64,000 nt of DNA from Octopus vulgaris (lineage: Eukaryota). The notes below the pieces were generated by a model. It saw only the letters and a program-made list of their open reading frames with translations, was not told where the DNA came from and did no database searches. The first letter of the stretch is position 1; the number at the start of each line of letters is the position of its first letter. Below are positions 40,780 to 54,069 of this stretch, piece after piece. The stretch is from contig OX597815.1 of the NCBI GenBank assembly GCA_951406725.2, positions 167,276,001-167,340,000 on the forward strand. Reading direction: 5' to 3'. The position numbers and the translations under genes were made by a program.

Positions 40780-41988
40780 TGCAACGACAATAATAAGAGA
40801 GAGCAAATGAAACGATAATGACGATGGTTATTATGGAAATTTTTTTAATAATGTATGTTTGAAGTTTTTTTCTCGCTTATTTACATTTGTTTTTGGTTGT
40901 TGTTTTTTTTGTCGCTGTGTAATAAACCGAATTTTCTTTCGTTATGTATTGAAGTCTGAAATGATAAAGTGTCTTATTTTCTTTTTCCTGACGGATAGAA
41001 ATGTAAAACGATCCCTAGTACGGTTTCCTCTAAGGATAAATGTTTTTGAAATATTAGTTTTCTCTTTTACTATCTATGCCGTCACCCCCGCCTTTGTAAT
41101 TATAATAGATATTAATCGATTCCAATGCTTTTAAACGCCTCATTAATTTAGTATAAATTACTGATCAAAATTTGTATTGAAGGAGGGATAGGTAAAGGGG
41201 TAGGATGAAAATTAAAGATCTTACCCTGGATTGATCTGTTTCATCTATCGTGACGATTAGGAACTATCTTATATAGATATATTCACGAATGAAGGTGCAA
41301 ATGTTATAATATACATCGAGACAAGACACTTTACTAGTATCTGATACGGTCTGACAGAAGAACAATCGCATGATAATAAATAATAAATAAACAAATAAAT
41401 AAGTACACTTTTTATTCATTCTGCAAATATGTCCTGTATGTGTGCTTTATGTTTTTGAATTTTTCCATTTTTACTTTTAGTCACCTGATAAATGGCAGAA
41501 GAAAAAGAGAAATTATACATCGGTTTTTACAAGAACACAGAACGTTTGTATTGAATATAAATATTCTTTGACTACCTTATCTTTCTGAGACAGTACTAGC
41601 ATGTGTAGTTTGGACTCATGTATTCCTTAGAGAACAGTAACAAAAACAAAACTAACAAAAATCATTCGTAAAACCTGACTTTTTTTGAAACGAAGACAAA
41701 TATAAAAATAAAAATCTCTCAAAGAAAAAGCTGTACTGTGAAGAAAAGAGAAAGATGTTATTGAATGTATGTATCTATGAATTAATAAGAGATAGTGTGT
41801 TTTAGCAAAACTGGGAGAGAACTTCAGTAATCAATAGAACATTCTCTTTTCGTGTTTTTTCTAATCGACTGAAGCATTGGTCGAATGTCCGCCGCAAAAT
41901 TAATATTCATGTTGCTTCTGTTTACACTTTAGATCTTAAATGTTCCTTTGCCAGTATTTATCATAGCTACAGCATCAACGATCTTACC

Positions 41989-42175
41989 ACCTGTGTCCCA
42001 CCCAGTTAGTCGATCGTCACACGCACTCTAAAAACCACTGACCTGTGTATCACCCAGAAACCTTGTCGACCCTTACACGCTCCAAAGAACTATCTGTCCG
42101 TATCCTATACAACTTGTTGACACTTTCATGCACCCCGATAATCTATCTTCCTGTTTTCCAATCAGATAATTGTTC
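41989..42175 (+). repeat. Degenerate ~50-55-bp tandem repeat (3-4 copies)
   Basis: acctgtgt..cacccag..gtcga..cacgc recurs at ~41989 and ~42041, and more weakly at ~42094. Confidence 0.5.
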
Positions 42176-42689
42176 TAAATAACACTATACCAATTGACTA
42201 AATACCAACAAAACATCCATGACATTTCCACGTTTTCTGGAACCATATTCTCAGGAGTATCACGTCAGATAGAATAATTCCAAGTGGATTTTCTCCTTAT
42301 CTTTAAAGATGATATAAGTTTTACAACTATAAAATAGCGATTTTTATATCAATAAAATAAACTTTTATTCGTTTTCCAGCTCGTATTCCTGAACTGTTTC
42401 TCCCATCACTTAAATATTTTTCGTTCACTGAAGTATTTATACAAAACGTCAGAATTCACGCTCATCCAAACCGACGAATAAATTCAAATTTGCGATTATA
42501 AATAAAATAATCCTCTAATAAAACAAAATCTATTTATTTCATATACTTTTGGCATTATAAAGCTATATGATTCACAGTTTTACCAATATATCAGTTACTA
42601 TGTTTACTATGGAAAAGAAATATTAGATTACACGGCCAGGAATTGCCAGGAATTGAAACAGGGTAGTGTACTCTGTTCACCAATAGCTT

Positions 42690-42970
42690 TTCTTCCACAA
42701 TACATCGTCACCCTACATTCACTCCGAAAGCTCTATCTGCGACGATTTCATCTCAATCGAAGGAGAGGGGCTTTCTCCGTCCGGGTTGCAGATCCGTGGA
42801 ATAAGCTGCCGGACGAGATAGTGAAGATGCCGACAACCGCTCGGTTCAAAGTCTCTCTTGACCAGAAATGTCCTGAACTCTTTGAATGAACACCCTCCCT
42901 GTACATAACTCCAAGTCTCCCTACATGGCCTTGCTTTTTGCTTTTTGAGCCAAAAAATTAACTTAACTTA
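42690..42970 (+). mobile_element. CR1-type LINE 3' end
   Basis: HSLRKLYLRRFHLNRRRGAFSVRVADPWNKLPDEIV..FKVSLD matches the FSxRVxxxWNxLP motif. Confidence 0.85.
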
Positions 42971-43699
42971 CAAGTATATGTTGTTTGCAAGTTATAAATC
43001 AACGTTGCAACGTTGCTTTCTATGTTCAAAATACGAGTAATGTTATACTTTCTGTGTATAGTAGATATAAGCTGAGAATAATACTAATCTACGCTGATCT
43101 GAATTCAAAATGTATATTGATATAAAAACATTCGTAAAATTTTATTTTTTGATAGTGTAATAGAAACCAAAGGAAAGCAAGCTATATTTTTATAGTTGTA
43201 TCTTAGTATTTTTCTCGGCAACAAATTCTATTATCAACTATAACTATTCTATTGAATAAAACTTTGCGTTTTTAGAAGAGAAAATAAGAGACTGTAATAA
43301 CTCCAGAGCCAAAATTCTGGTAGTGCCAACTTAAACTCTGAATTCATTAATTTCAATTTCAAAAGGTAAGATACAAGACAATGTTTTGGTTGGTAGATCC
43401 TCCAGCCAATTAATTCGACTTTGCGTAAACAACATTGAAGTTAAATTAAGTTCCGTTCAGATCAGACCTTTCTTTCAAGATCCATCCCACACCAAAGAAA
43501 CAAGATGTTAAAGAAACACGATGATTATATTTAATGAATTATTTCTGCTAATCGTGGAAATGTCCAAGGGTAAATTATTGATGTGATAGTCTCTAGCATT
43601 GATAAATTATTTTGAAACTTTGATGTTTGCTGTGTGTTACTTGCTATTTTATTACATCAAGTATTTGAGAATATCCTAGCATAATATTCATAATGCGAC

Positions 43700-44340
43700 G
43701 CAGTTGTCTCATTATATATACATGTAACTTGTCTACTTGAGCTTTGTAGACTGTCCAGCTTTCAGCTCCACACAGCAAAGGAAAAAGCATTGTAATCTGA
43801 CATACGATACATTTGACACGTATAGAAACATACCTATTTTTCCATAGCTTTTCCTGCAGCTTGCCAAATGAAGTACTAGCTCTGCTCGTTTTGCATGTCT
43901 AGTTGTACATTATCTGAGATAGTGCTGTCTAGTTATTTCAATGCTTTGAAGTGAGCCAGACTTTCATGTCTAATAGTGATGTTTCTTCTTTTACAGGGAC
44001 AGTCAGCTTCTCCACAGGTTGCTATTGGTATTCGGTTTTTCTTATGTTAATCTTTAAACTGAACTATTGTACAGCTCTGGTAAAGTTGTCTGCCAGTTTC
44101 TTCATATTTTCAGCGCTGTGGGCAGCCAGTGCACTTTCACCAGCGAACAGCATCTCTCGCACTAGGGCTTTCGTATTGTGCGTCTTGGTTTTATATTGTA
44201 CAGTATTGAACACAGCAGCAACAAACAATGTAAGGATCCCCTCCAACTTTCTCAACTGCACCTTCCAGCACTGCTGCTAGATATAGAGAGAACAGTACTA
44301 GAGTAATTAGGCACCCTTGTTTATGAGGGATCACTCAAAG
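43700..44340 (-). mobile_element. RTE-clade LINE RT fragment, decayed
   Basis: KALVREMLFAGESALAAHSAENMKKLADNFTRAVQ*FSLKINIRKTE is a relic of RELLFADD..FGLxINxKKTE. Confidence 0.8.
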
Positions 44341-44694
44341 CAGCGAATGATGTAAATTTCAACAGCAAAGTCGAGTAGGATTACATACAAGATAAATATA
44401 TCACTTATTGAAATTACCACCGCCTTTAAAGGAGATGAAACATTTTTTTTGGTAGGAATTAAGAACAATTCAAAATGAAAAATGGAGATAATCTCCAGAT
44501 TTAAGTATACTCTAAAACTGACATGCTATTAAGGTATAGCTAGTCAGATTGGCTGGGTACTGGGATCACATGGGCGGTTTTAAGCATACTTCTGCATCAA
44601 TGGTTGTCAGTGAAACTGTTGCTCTGCTGTATCGCCAGAAGAACGAGAAAATTAGACATACACAGAGAAGACTAAAACATATTTAAGGCCTAGG

Positions 44695-44738
<44 letters not shown>

Positions 44739-44743
44739 TTCTT

Positions 44744-45095
44744 CGAAAATCAAAGAAAAAGAGAATGTCTATGGATAACAGCTTCGAAACCTCAAGCTTC
44801 TATATCCAGACATTGAATTCATATACATATCTATAATGATTGCAACACTAGGTTTTGTTAGTACGTGCTTAAAAGAAAATCTGGATAAACTGGGATTTTC
44901 AGAAAGAAAAATCAACCGGCTAATTCATACAAGTGCAATCTGTGAGTGGAACAGTAAAAGTATGCAAGACTTTTCTCAGGTTCCAAATGTGAATTTGTCT
45001 ATGTTAACTACATCCCAAAGATGGAACCTTTTATCTTTGTTGGAAACCGGCTCCCTCCTCCGTGGAAGCTTTGTAATAATTAAAAAATAGAAAAC
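44744..45095 (+). mobile_element. RLE-type non-LTR retrotransposon 3' end between (TA)n and (CA)n
   Basis: KIKEKENVYG*QLRNLKLLYPDIEF..IMIATLGFV..LDKLGFS..QVQSVSGTVKVCKTFL; the clade is not resolved. Confidence 0.6.
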
Positions 45096-45177
<82 letters not shown>

Positions 45178-47692
45178 GTATATATATATACGCACACACA
45201 CACACACTTATGTATGTATGTATGTATGTGCTTATATATGCATGTTTATGAGTGCGTGAATGTAGTTCGTGTATACTGTACGTATCTTATTATTCGTATG
45301 TTAAGACGCCATAGACGTATATACGAAATCGTATTAATTTACAATCTATTATAGTCGCTGTGCTGGAAGTAATGCGATATTGTATAGATACGGAAATATA
45401 TAAGGGATTTGAATCCATGAGAAAAATTAAAATATAAATAAGGTTAGACATGTTAAAATAATACATCCCAACCTCCTTGAAATATGTGGTTGTGTGTAAA
45501 TAAATATGGTAAGAGGTTGTTTAATTTATGAAGCGGTACATATCCCTTTAAAGATCAGCAATTGTATGAGAATTTCACAGTTTTGTTTAGACAGCATATT
45601 TTTTTGATAATCTAATATGTCCTCTAGTTTTTCTATCGCCGATCTCATCAACTGTAACTACCAAACCAAAGAGTGTTTGTTGTTATAGCTGTTGTTGTTA
45701 ATGTTGTTGTTGTTGTTGCTGTTGTTTTTATTCTAGTTTATATATGCATTTCACTTTCTTTTTCTTTTTCTTTTGTATTTTCAATACGTTTCTTATTTTC
45801 TTTTGTAATATATGTGTTCTTAATGAAATTTTGTTCTCGTTATTTTGTTGTCGTTTTAATGTTTTTTATGTGTGTTGTGTTGTTTCATTTTACATATTTT
45901 ATTAATGTTGATTTAGTAATTCATTGCTTTTGTATTTTTATTTTTTCTACTATTAGTATTATTAACTGTGATATTCATATTATTATTTACAAAATATGTG
46001 AAATAAATCATTATTTTTGCAATAATTGCTTTTGTTCTTTTGGTGTTTTGGTACTAGTGCTAGATTGGTATAATCTGCAGTAATGATGTTCATGCTCATG
46101 ATGTTGGCTAGAGTAATAGTTGAAAGGAATATAAAGATGAAAATGGGAATTCTATTAAAATTAGTGATGAGCGTAGTAAAATTTCAGAGAGAGTGTGGAC
46201 AACGAGTGGCACTAGATCTAAGAGCAGACGGAAGCAGAATTTAAGATGCATTTGTCGCCATTTCAGCCGTTTTGGGTGTTCTTGTTCTCATGACTTATAT
46301 TTTTTCACAGAGATAGCGATGGTAGATATTTGTTATCTCAACAATTAACATGATATTTCGAAATTATGACATGCTGTAGTGTCAAAGGTAACATTGTCAT
46401 CGTTGCTAACATCATGGATTGTCATGATAACCCAGAAGCAGTAGAATTAAATATTAGTATGCATTACCCATAAGAAATGCTGCAATGATACATATATTAA
46501 TGGCAGATAAAATACATTAACGAAAATAAATTATATTAATTAAAAATTTTGCTGTCAAATAAGAAGTCATTCAGTTTCTGTAACAATAATGTCCGGGGCT
46601 TTTCTCAGTGGCCGTTTTAAGTATTCTAAATGTTTTAATAAACAAACAAACGATAATCAGACACAAGTTATAGACTTGACTCTCCAATTGATTGCTTCAA
46701 CTGAAAAAACGCTTTTACTTTACGTTATGATCTGAATAGAAAGAACCACTGCCCATCGCTTTTTTAAATGCTTACATACAGAACATATCGATGTATTTAA
46801 CGTTCAGCTTCCACTACAGCTCGTTAATAAAATTGTAGGGAAATGTAAGTAAGATGGGTCGTCTGAAGGGTGGTACATCTATATATAAAATATTGCAAAA
46901 ATAGTTTGGTTATGGTAGTGGTGGGGAAATACTAGGGATGATAAAAAATGTATTATATGAATAAATTGGTAAACAAAACAGACTTGATTCCACTCAACAG
47001 TGTGTAATTCTGAGTATCAATAAATGAAGATGTGTCAGTCATTTGAATAACATTTTTGTTTTGGAGATATCATATACAATGTTTGTGCGTGTATCAGCCG
47101 CTCAATCACAAATATGTGCACTGTGTCCTAGTTTCGGGTGTATTTATACTTTTATTGGTTCATCAGTTGTTCTAAACTGGTACAGATTCTGCTTCTGAAT
47201 GGGCAAGATTTTGAATGCAGTAAGCTATGTTAAAGATATTTTCATCTTAAGAAAGCTTTCGTCATTGTTAGACCGAGCACTTATAAATATCATGAATTTT
47301 TTAGTTGGTTGTGTGAGATTTACAAATAGAACAGTAGTAAGGTTGAAACATGTAGCCACTGTGTTTTTTGTTTTTTTTTAACTTTAGAACCAAACTAACT
47401 GGTTATATTCACATTGTTGCTCTCTCTATCTTCCTTCTTTTAACATGAATGCTGCCCATTCCATGCAAGATGCTTACTTTAATTATGGTTCACACCTTGA
47501 AATATGTGTGCTTTGGTTCTTTAGAAGAATACTGATATAAATACGAAGATTAAGGAAACAACTGGATGAATGGAGACGCATAAGTGTTCCATACTATATT
47601 TTATTCAATAATAAAATTAATAGCTATGCAATAAATATAGTTTTACTGAAATGATACTGGTGCTCTCTTCCTTGGACCTTTCCTTTTTCAAT

Positions 47693-47727
47693 GTTTCTGA
47701 CGAAGAGCTCCGCTCGAAACGTTAAAT
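47693..47727 (+). ncRNA. Ultra-minimal hammerhead motif in a PLE-type terminus (~47640-47826)
   Basis: GTTT-CTGACGA-A-GAGC-tcc-GCTC-GAAAC-GTT-AAAT, with no helix III loop (palindrome AACGTT). The downstream cctgagcgt is shared with the 19.2 and 23.1 kb copies. Confidence 0.65.
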
Positions 47728-48115
47728 CCTCCTTCTTTCCTTCCTTTCCTGAGCGTCCAGTAACACAATACTTTTTCCACGTCCTCGCATTGTTGTGTTT
47801 TCTCTTTGTTCATGTTTGGATTAACTATATATATATATATACAAAATATATATACAGGTGTATGTATGTATATGTTAGATGCGAACTTAACCGTGGTCTG
47901 ATCGGCATCTTTCCTCATGTTTCTTGAAATTTATATCCACATATTTATGAGTAGATTTACCTTCTCTAAGATGTCAATAATTAATTTAATAACTTTGTTT
48001 TGTTGGAAAACATATATAGTCTGCTTGGAATCTTACTTCAAGTTCCTGGAACTCACTTCTATAACTTTATAAGGATATTTACACTCTCTAAGATGTTTAG
48101 AAAACCTATATGAAA

Positions 48116-48201
48116 TTTAGCTGAAGAGTACTTGACATTATATTTGCTGTAATATTTGCAGCTTTAATAAAATGTTTATAGTATGAAACAATTGTACTAA
48201 A
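48116..48201 (+). ncRNA. Type I hammerhead with long helix II (diverged relative of 52096-52186)
   Basis: TTTAG-CTGAAGA-GTACT..AGTAT-GAAAC-AATT-GTA-CTAAA, with palindromic helix III ACAATTGT. Confidence 0.8.
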
Positions 48202-48354
48202 CTACCGATCCATTCTTGTTGCTTATTTTTTGGTTATATATATATACATACATATACATACATATATACATATATACACACATACACCCACCCACACACA
48301 CATAGATATATATACATATACATACATACATATATATATACACACATATTCGCA

Positions 48355-48890
48355 TAACTCGACACTAAAACTGATTGCTCCCATTATGTTGCTTAGGAAC
48401 CTTGTGTAATGGAACTCGCTTAATTGTCACTTCAGACAATTATAACAGGTAGTCACAAAGGAGAAAATGTCTTTATTCCAAAATTTCCTTTCATTCCTAC
48501 AGATGTCCTATTTGAATTTAAGACGCTTCAGCTTCCAATTAAACTAAGTTTTGGTATTTCAATTAACAAATCTCAGGGTCAATCCCTCAAGATAGTTGCA
48601 CTTGATCTCGCTACTACATGCTTCTCCCACGGCCAACTCTATGTTGCTCGCTGGCTAGTTGGAAGCGGCAACAATTTATTCATTTCGACAAGCAACAAAA
48701 AATTATACAATTAAGTGGTTCAGCATTAAGACAATTTCAATTCGAAATTCTATTATCATTACACTTTGGATATTTTTTAATAAAAATATAGATATTTTGA
48801 AATAATTATGAGAATATATCTTTATATCTATTTTTTACTAATCTGAATAAGAACAGCTGTAACCCTGGCAAAGCCGGGCCATTCAGCTAG
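48355..48890 (+). mobile_element. Helitron 3' end with Pif1-like helicase C-terminus
   Basis: GENVFIPKFPFIP..FEFKTLQLPIKLSFGISINKSQGQSL..FSHGQLYVA, followed by the terminal hairpin ccctggc-aaa-gccggg and CTAG|t at 48887-48890. Confidence 0.92.
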
Positions 48891-49243
48891 TGTATAATAT
48901 ATCTACTTAATTTGTATACATATACAGCCATATATATATGCGCGTGCACACACGCATACATGCACACACATTCTCCACAGTTGACTTACCATTAAGAAAA
49001 AGAAAACTGATTCATCTTCTGGAGAAAAGCAACTGTGAACAAGTTTTTGCCCAAATGCTTATGATATTTGGAGCCTCTCACTGACTTTAAAAATCGATAA
49101 TCGATACATATGTGAAGAGGGTTGTGTGATTGTATCTTTCTATGCATGAGAACGTTATGTGCATATGTGTTTACATACGTAAGTGTGTATATGTGTGTGT
49201 ATATATGCTTGTCCGGGGCATGATATGAAACTGTATCAAATAG

Positions 49244-49693
49244 CGGGACACTGGCGCGGGAATCCCAAGGTTTTGAAGAGTGTAGAACCACCACTTAAAC
49301 AAAATTCTTCACAAATTGCTATTGGGCAATCAGTGTATTAGAGCTTGCCTACCTATGCATGTGAAGACTGGATTTGGCGTACTCTGCGGCAGAATACTTA
49401 GTGGATCAAGAGAGGGAAAGGCAGGGGCATACGGGCATATTTGGCTACGTGTGCATATGCATGTGTACAAATATGTTTGACTTGTATATGACATTAAATT
49501 GCCTCAGATAACGGGACACTGTCTCGAGAATTCTAGGATTTTGAACACTGCGAAACCACTCCTTAACCAAAATTCTTCACAAGTCTACTTTGGCTGAGTA
49601 GTAACACGTGTCAGGGTCCAATCTATGGATTAATTCACAAGCTGCATGTGTGATGACTAGATCTGACGGACTCTGCGGCAAAATTCTTCATGG
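49244..49693 (+). repeat. Old degenerate direct duplication (~270-bp period)
   Basis: cgggacactg..ttttgaa..cttaa.caaaattcttcacaa..actctgcggca occurs at ~49244-49403 and ~49512-49693. Confidence 0.7.
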
Positions 49694-50162
49694 CTCAAAA
49701 GAGATGAAGGTGAGTATTGGAACGCATTTTTGAGTGCAGTGAGTTAGATGAGGCAAGTAAGATACCTGGGTGATCCACTATATCCATTTCCATCCTAATT
49801 CGTTTTAATCTGGTCTTGCCACTGGAAGGAAGATGGTCACTGACGAGAGTGGGGGAGGTTGTCGATGCGCAAATCATCAGCCATCCTTAAAGTTGACAAA
49901 AAGCTCCTCGTTGCTCTGACGGACTAACGTACGTGTGTATTATATCTTAGTAATCTTTGAATCCGCATATTTCATAGGTTCATTGACGCTGACTTGCAAA
50001 ATATACAGTGTCCTTAACTACAATTTTAAGTAAAATACCCAGATAGACTTTGCATTATTTTTGCGTGTTAGTACATTTAGCACTATGTATGCGAATATCC
50101 ATTTATGTATTCACGTAATTGTAAATATGTATATAAATGTGTGTATGTGTGTTTATGTAAGA

Positions 50163-50193
<31 letters not shown>

Positions 50194-50293
50194 TGTATGT
50201 ATGTATGTATGTTTGTATGGTGTTATAAATAAAATAGGATATTTCATTGTATACTTATATTTTCCTATTTTATGGTTGCGGGTGTGTGCGTGC

Positions 50294-50500
50294 ATATATA
50301 TATTATATAAATTATATATATATATGTATATATATTATATAAATTATATATATATATGTATATATATTATATAAATTATATATATATATGTATATATATT
50401 ATATAAATTATATATATATATATGTATATATATTATATAAATTATATATATATATGTATATATATTATATAAATTATATATATATATATGTATATATATT
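50294..50500. repeat. AT-only minisatellite (~20-37-bp unit, tatattatataaattatatatatatatg)
   Basis: ttatataaattata recurs six times, separated by (TA)n. Confidence 0.85.
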
Positions 50501-50502
50501 TT

Positions 50503-51635
<1,133 letters not shown>

Positions 51636-51680
51636 CACATAGACACGTAGTATACACATATGCATACATACAATATATAT

Positions 51681-51718
<38 letters not shown>

Positions 51719-51746
51719 CGAGAATGAAGCAACAAGAATGGATAGG

Positions 51747-51836
51747 TTTTAGTACAATCGTTTCATACAGGACAGGTTTTATTAAAAGTTGCAAAAATTA
51801 CAGCATATAAACGTGTCCCGTACTCATCAGCTAAAA
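51747..51836 (-). ncRNA. Type I hammerhead ribozyme (mirror copy)
   Basis: Minus strand: TTTTAG-CTGATGA-GTACGGGACA..TGTCCTGTAT-GAAAC-GATT-GTA-CTAAAA. Confidence 0.85.
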
Positions 51837-52095
51837 TACATGTGAGTTCTCTAGACATCCTAGTGGTTGAGGCTATACTCATGAAGTAATGTAGATAATT
51901 AAGTAACATAAACAGATTTCAAAAGTTCATTAAAGTTCTTTAAAGATGATGTACAGTCTTATAAGACTTATAAGACTGTACATCATCTTTAAAGAACTTT
52001 AATGAACTTTTGAAATCTGTTTATGTTACTTAATTATCTACATTACTTCATGAGTATAGCCTCAACCACTAGGATGTCTAGAGAACTCACATGTA

Positions 52096-52186
52096 TTTTA
52101 GCTGATGAGTACGGGACACGTTTATATGCTGTAAATTTTGCAACTTTTAATAAAACCTGTCCTTGTATGAAACGATTGTACTAAAA
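52096..52186 (+). ncRNA. Type I hammerhead ribozyme with long helix II
   Basis: TTTTAG-CTGATGA-GTACGGGACA..TGTCCTTGTAT-GAAAC-GATT-GTA-CTAAAA, with predicted cleavage after 52180. Confidence 0.85.
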
Positions 52187-52333
52187 ACCTATCCATTCTT
52201 GTTGCTTCATTCTCGCTTATAATCACCCCACATTACTGTATTGTTAAATCAGTATAGTTTTTTTTGGTGCATCTAAGTTAGGTACCATATTCAAGTAAAT
52301 TCATTTAAATTAACTTGAATCTTTATTGCTTTT

Positions 52334-52420
<87 letters not shown>

Positions 52421-53506
52421 GTATATATGCATACACACATACACACATACACACACACACACATATAGATATTTATGCATACACACGTCGTGATCACACG
52501 CACATACATACATGTATGGTTGGTTGGATGGACGGATGAAGGGATTTTTATGTTAAATATATGTCCATTTTCGTATGTTTTTGTATGATATTTAACAGGT
52601 TTCTATCAGTCTTAAAATGATTTTTTCTCCCCTTGCTATTAATCACAGACACCTAATTACATCTTTCAAGATGAATTAGCAGAATTTTAAAGAATGAAAT
52701 AGTTCACAGTAAGCCTCAGAGCCTGTCTATCTATCATGTTGTTATTCTTGGACTGAAATTTTACAGACGAGTATCTTCCCCCAGAACTGACATGAATTAA
52801 ACACAAGACAATAGCTTTCTTATGAATAAACCGTTGAAGATTGAAGGTGGTTCTTGTAGATAGACTCATTAACATGAGCACACGCCAACGCACACGTCAT
52901 ACCGTGAATAAGAGACTATTCAATAAAGCCAGTGTTTTTGGTGGACCCTTAAGGATAAATGCATCTGGCATGTCGTGAGGCAAAGGCTCCAGCTTCGCCC
53001 AAACTGAAAGGTCTTTGATTCATTCTGTATTTCTGTTAAGTACATAGTGATGCTACTGTTTGGCTTTAAGAGTAAGTAGGAAGAGTGTAAGTGAATCCTC
53101 TTAAAGATATCTGTTCTTTGTTCTCTATGTATGCATGTATGCTTATATGTAGATATTTTTATAAATATATATACACATATTTATATGTGTGTGGCTGCGA
53201 GAGGTGTGTGTTTATGTATGTACTTATGAAAATATACGTATATATATATATAGTCATTTATTCACTATAAAAATATATACATGCTTATGTTTATACACAT
53301 CTAAATATTATATATACTGTTTATATATCTACATTTCCGAGTGTATGTATATACATATATATATATATATGTGTTTGTGTGTGTTGTGTGTGTGTGTGCA
53401 GAGAGAGAGAGAGAGGAGGAAGAGAGAGAATGACAGCGATTGATTAATAAAGATAGGTAGATATGTAAATATGTATATATATATAGATATATATATATAT
53501 ATATAT

Positions 53507-53578
<72 letters not shown>

Positions 53579-53782
53579 TTAGATAGATAGATAATTGCAT
53601 ACGTATATAGAAACATGCTACTAAATGCTTCTTAGGGAATAAAAAAAATATTATGTACATAAACACACACACACACACGTACGCACGCTCGCACACACAT
53701 ACGCGCAAAACACAGGCGTGTATTTTATATATTTTTTCAATTTCATTTGCTTTAAGGTCTGCTCTCCTCATATATTCATAAA

Positions 53783-54069
53783 TATAGTTCTATATTTAAG
53801 AGATGAGGAATTATGTACATTATTTACATTCGACGGATATTTGTCCACATCTTGTTTGTTGTTAGCACAACGTTTCAGCTGATATGCCCTCCAGCCTTCT
53901 TCAGGTGTCTTGGGGAAATTTCGAACCTGGGTTCTCATTCCTAAGGTATTTTTCGATGTTGTTTATATTATTATTATTATTATTATTGTTCAGGTCACTG
54001 CTTGGAATCGAATTCGGAATCTTGGGGTTAGTAGCCCGCGCTCTTATCAACTACGCCATATGCCCGTGG
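53783..54069 (-). mobile_element. tRNA-headed SINE with hammerhead-bearing tail; inverted tail copy at 54098-54172
   Basis: Minus strand: A box TGGCGTAGTTG, anticodon-like arm GGG-CTACTAA-CCC, B box GAATTCGATTCC, (AAT)n, then an HHR. Confidence 0.75.
53865..53908 (-). ncRNA. Minimal hammerhead motif in the SINE tail
   Basis: ACAC-CTGAAGA-A-GGCTG-gagggcatat-CAGCT-GAAAC-GTT-GTGC. The inverted duplicate reads CAGCC-GAAAC-GTT-GTGT, which restores perfect helix II and stem I pairing. Confidence 0.75.

Larger units (their letters stand above)
51719..52335 (+). mobile_element. PLE-type terminus with near-perfect ~247-bp-arm palindrome (51719-52215, centre 51966) plus ~120-bp 3' extension
   Basis: The arms are reverse-complementary with only a few differences around a 1-nt spacer, with (TA)n on both flanks. 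Confidence 0.85.

Noticed and set aside
52690-53060. Possible decayed tyrosine-recombinase (DIRS-like) sequence
   Set aside because: The resemblance is vague and no catalytic RHRY residues were identified.
53990-54066. Functional tRNA gene (ACT anticodon-like loop)
   Set aside because: There is no proper acceptor stem and it continues into a repeat body. It is treated as a SINE head, as are the heads at 33407, 57961 and 59740.
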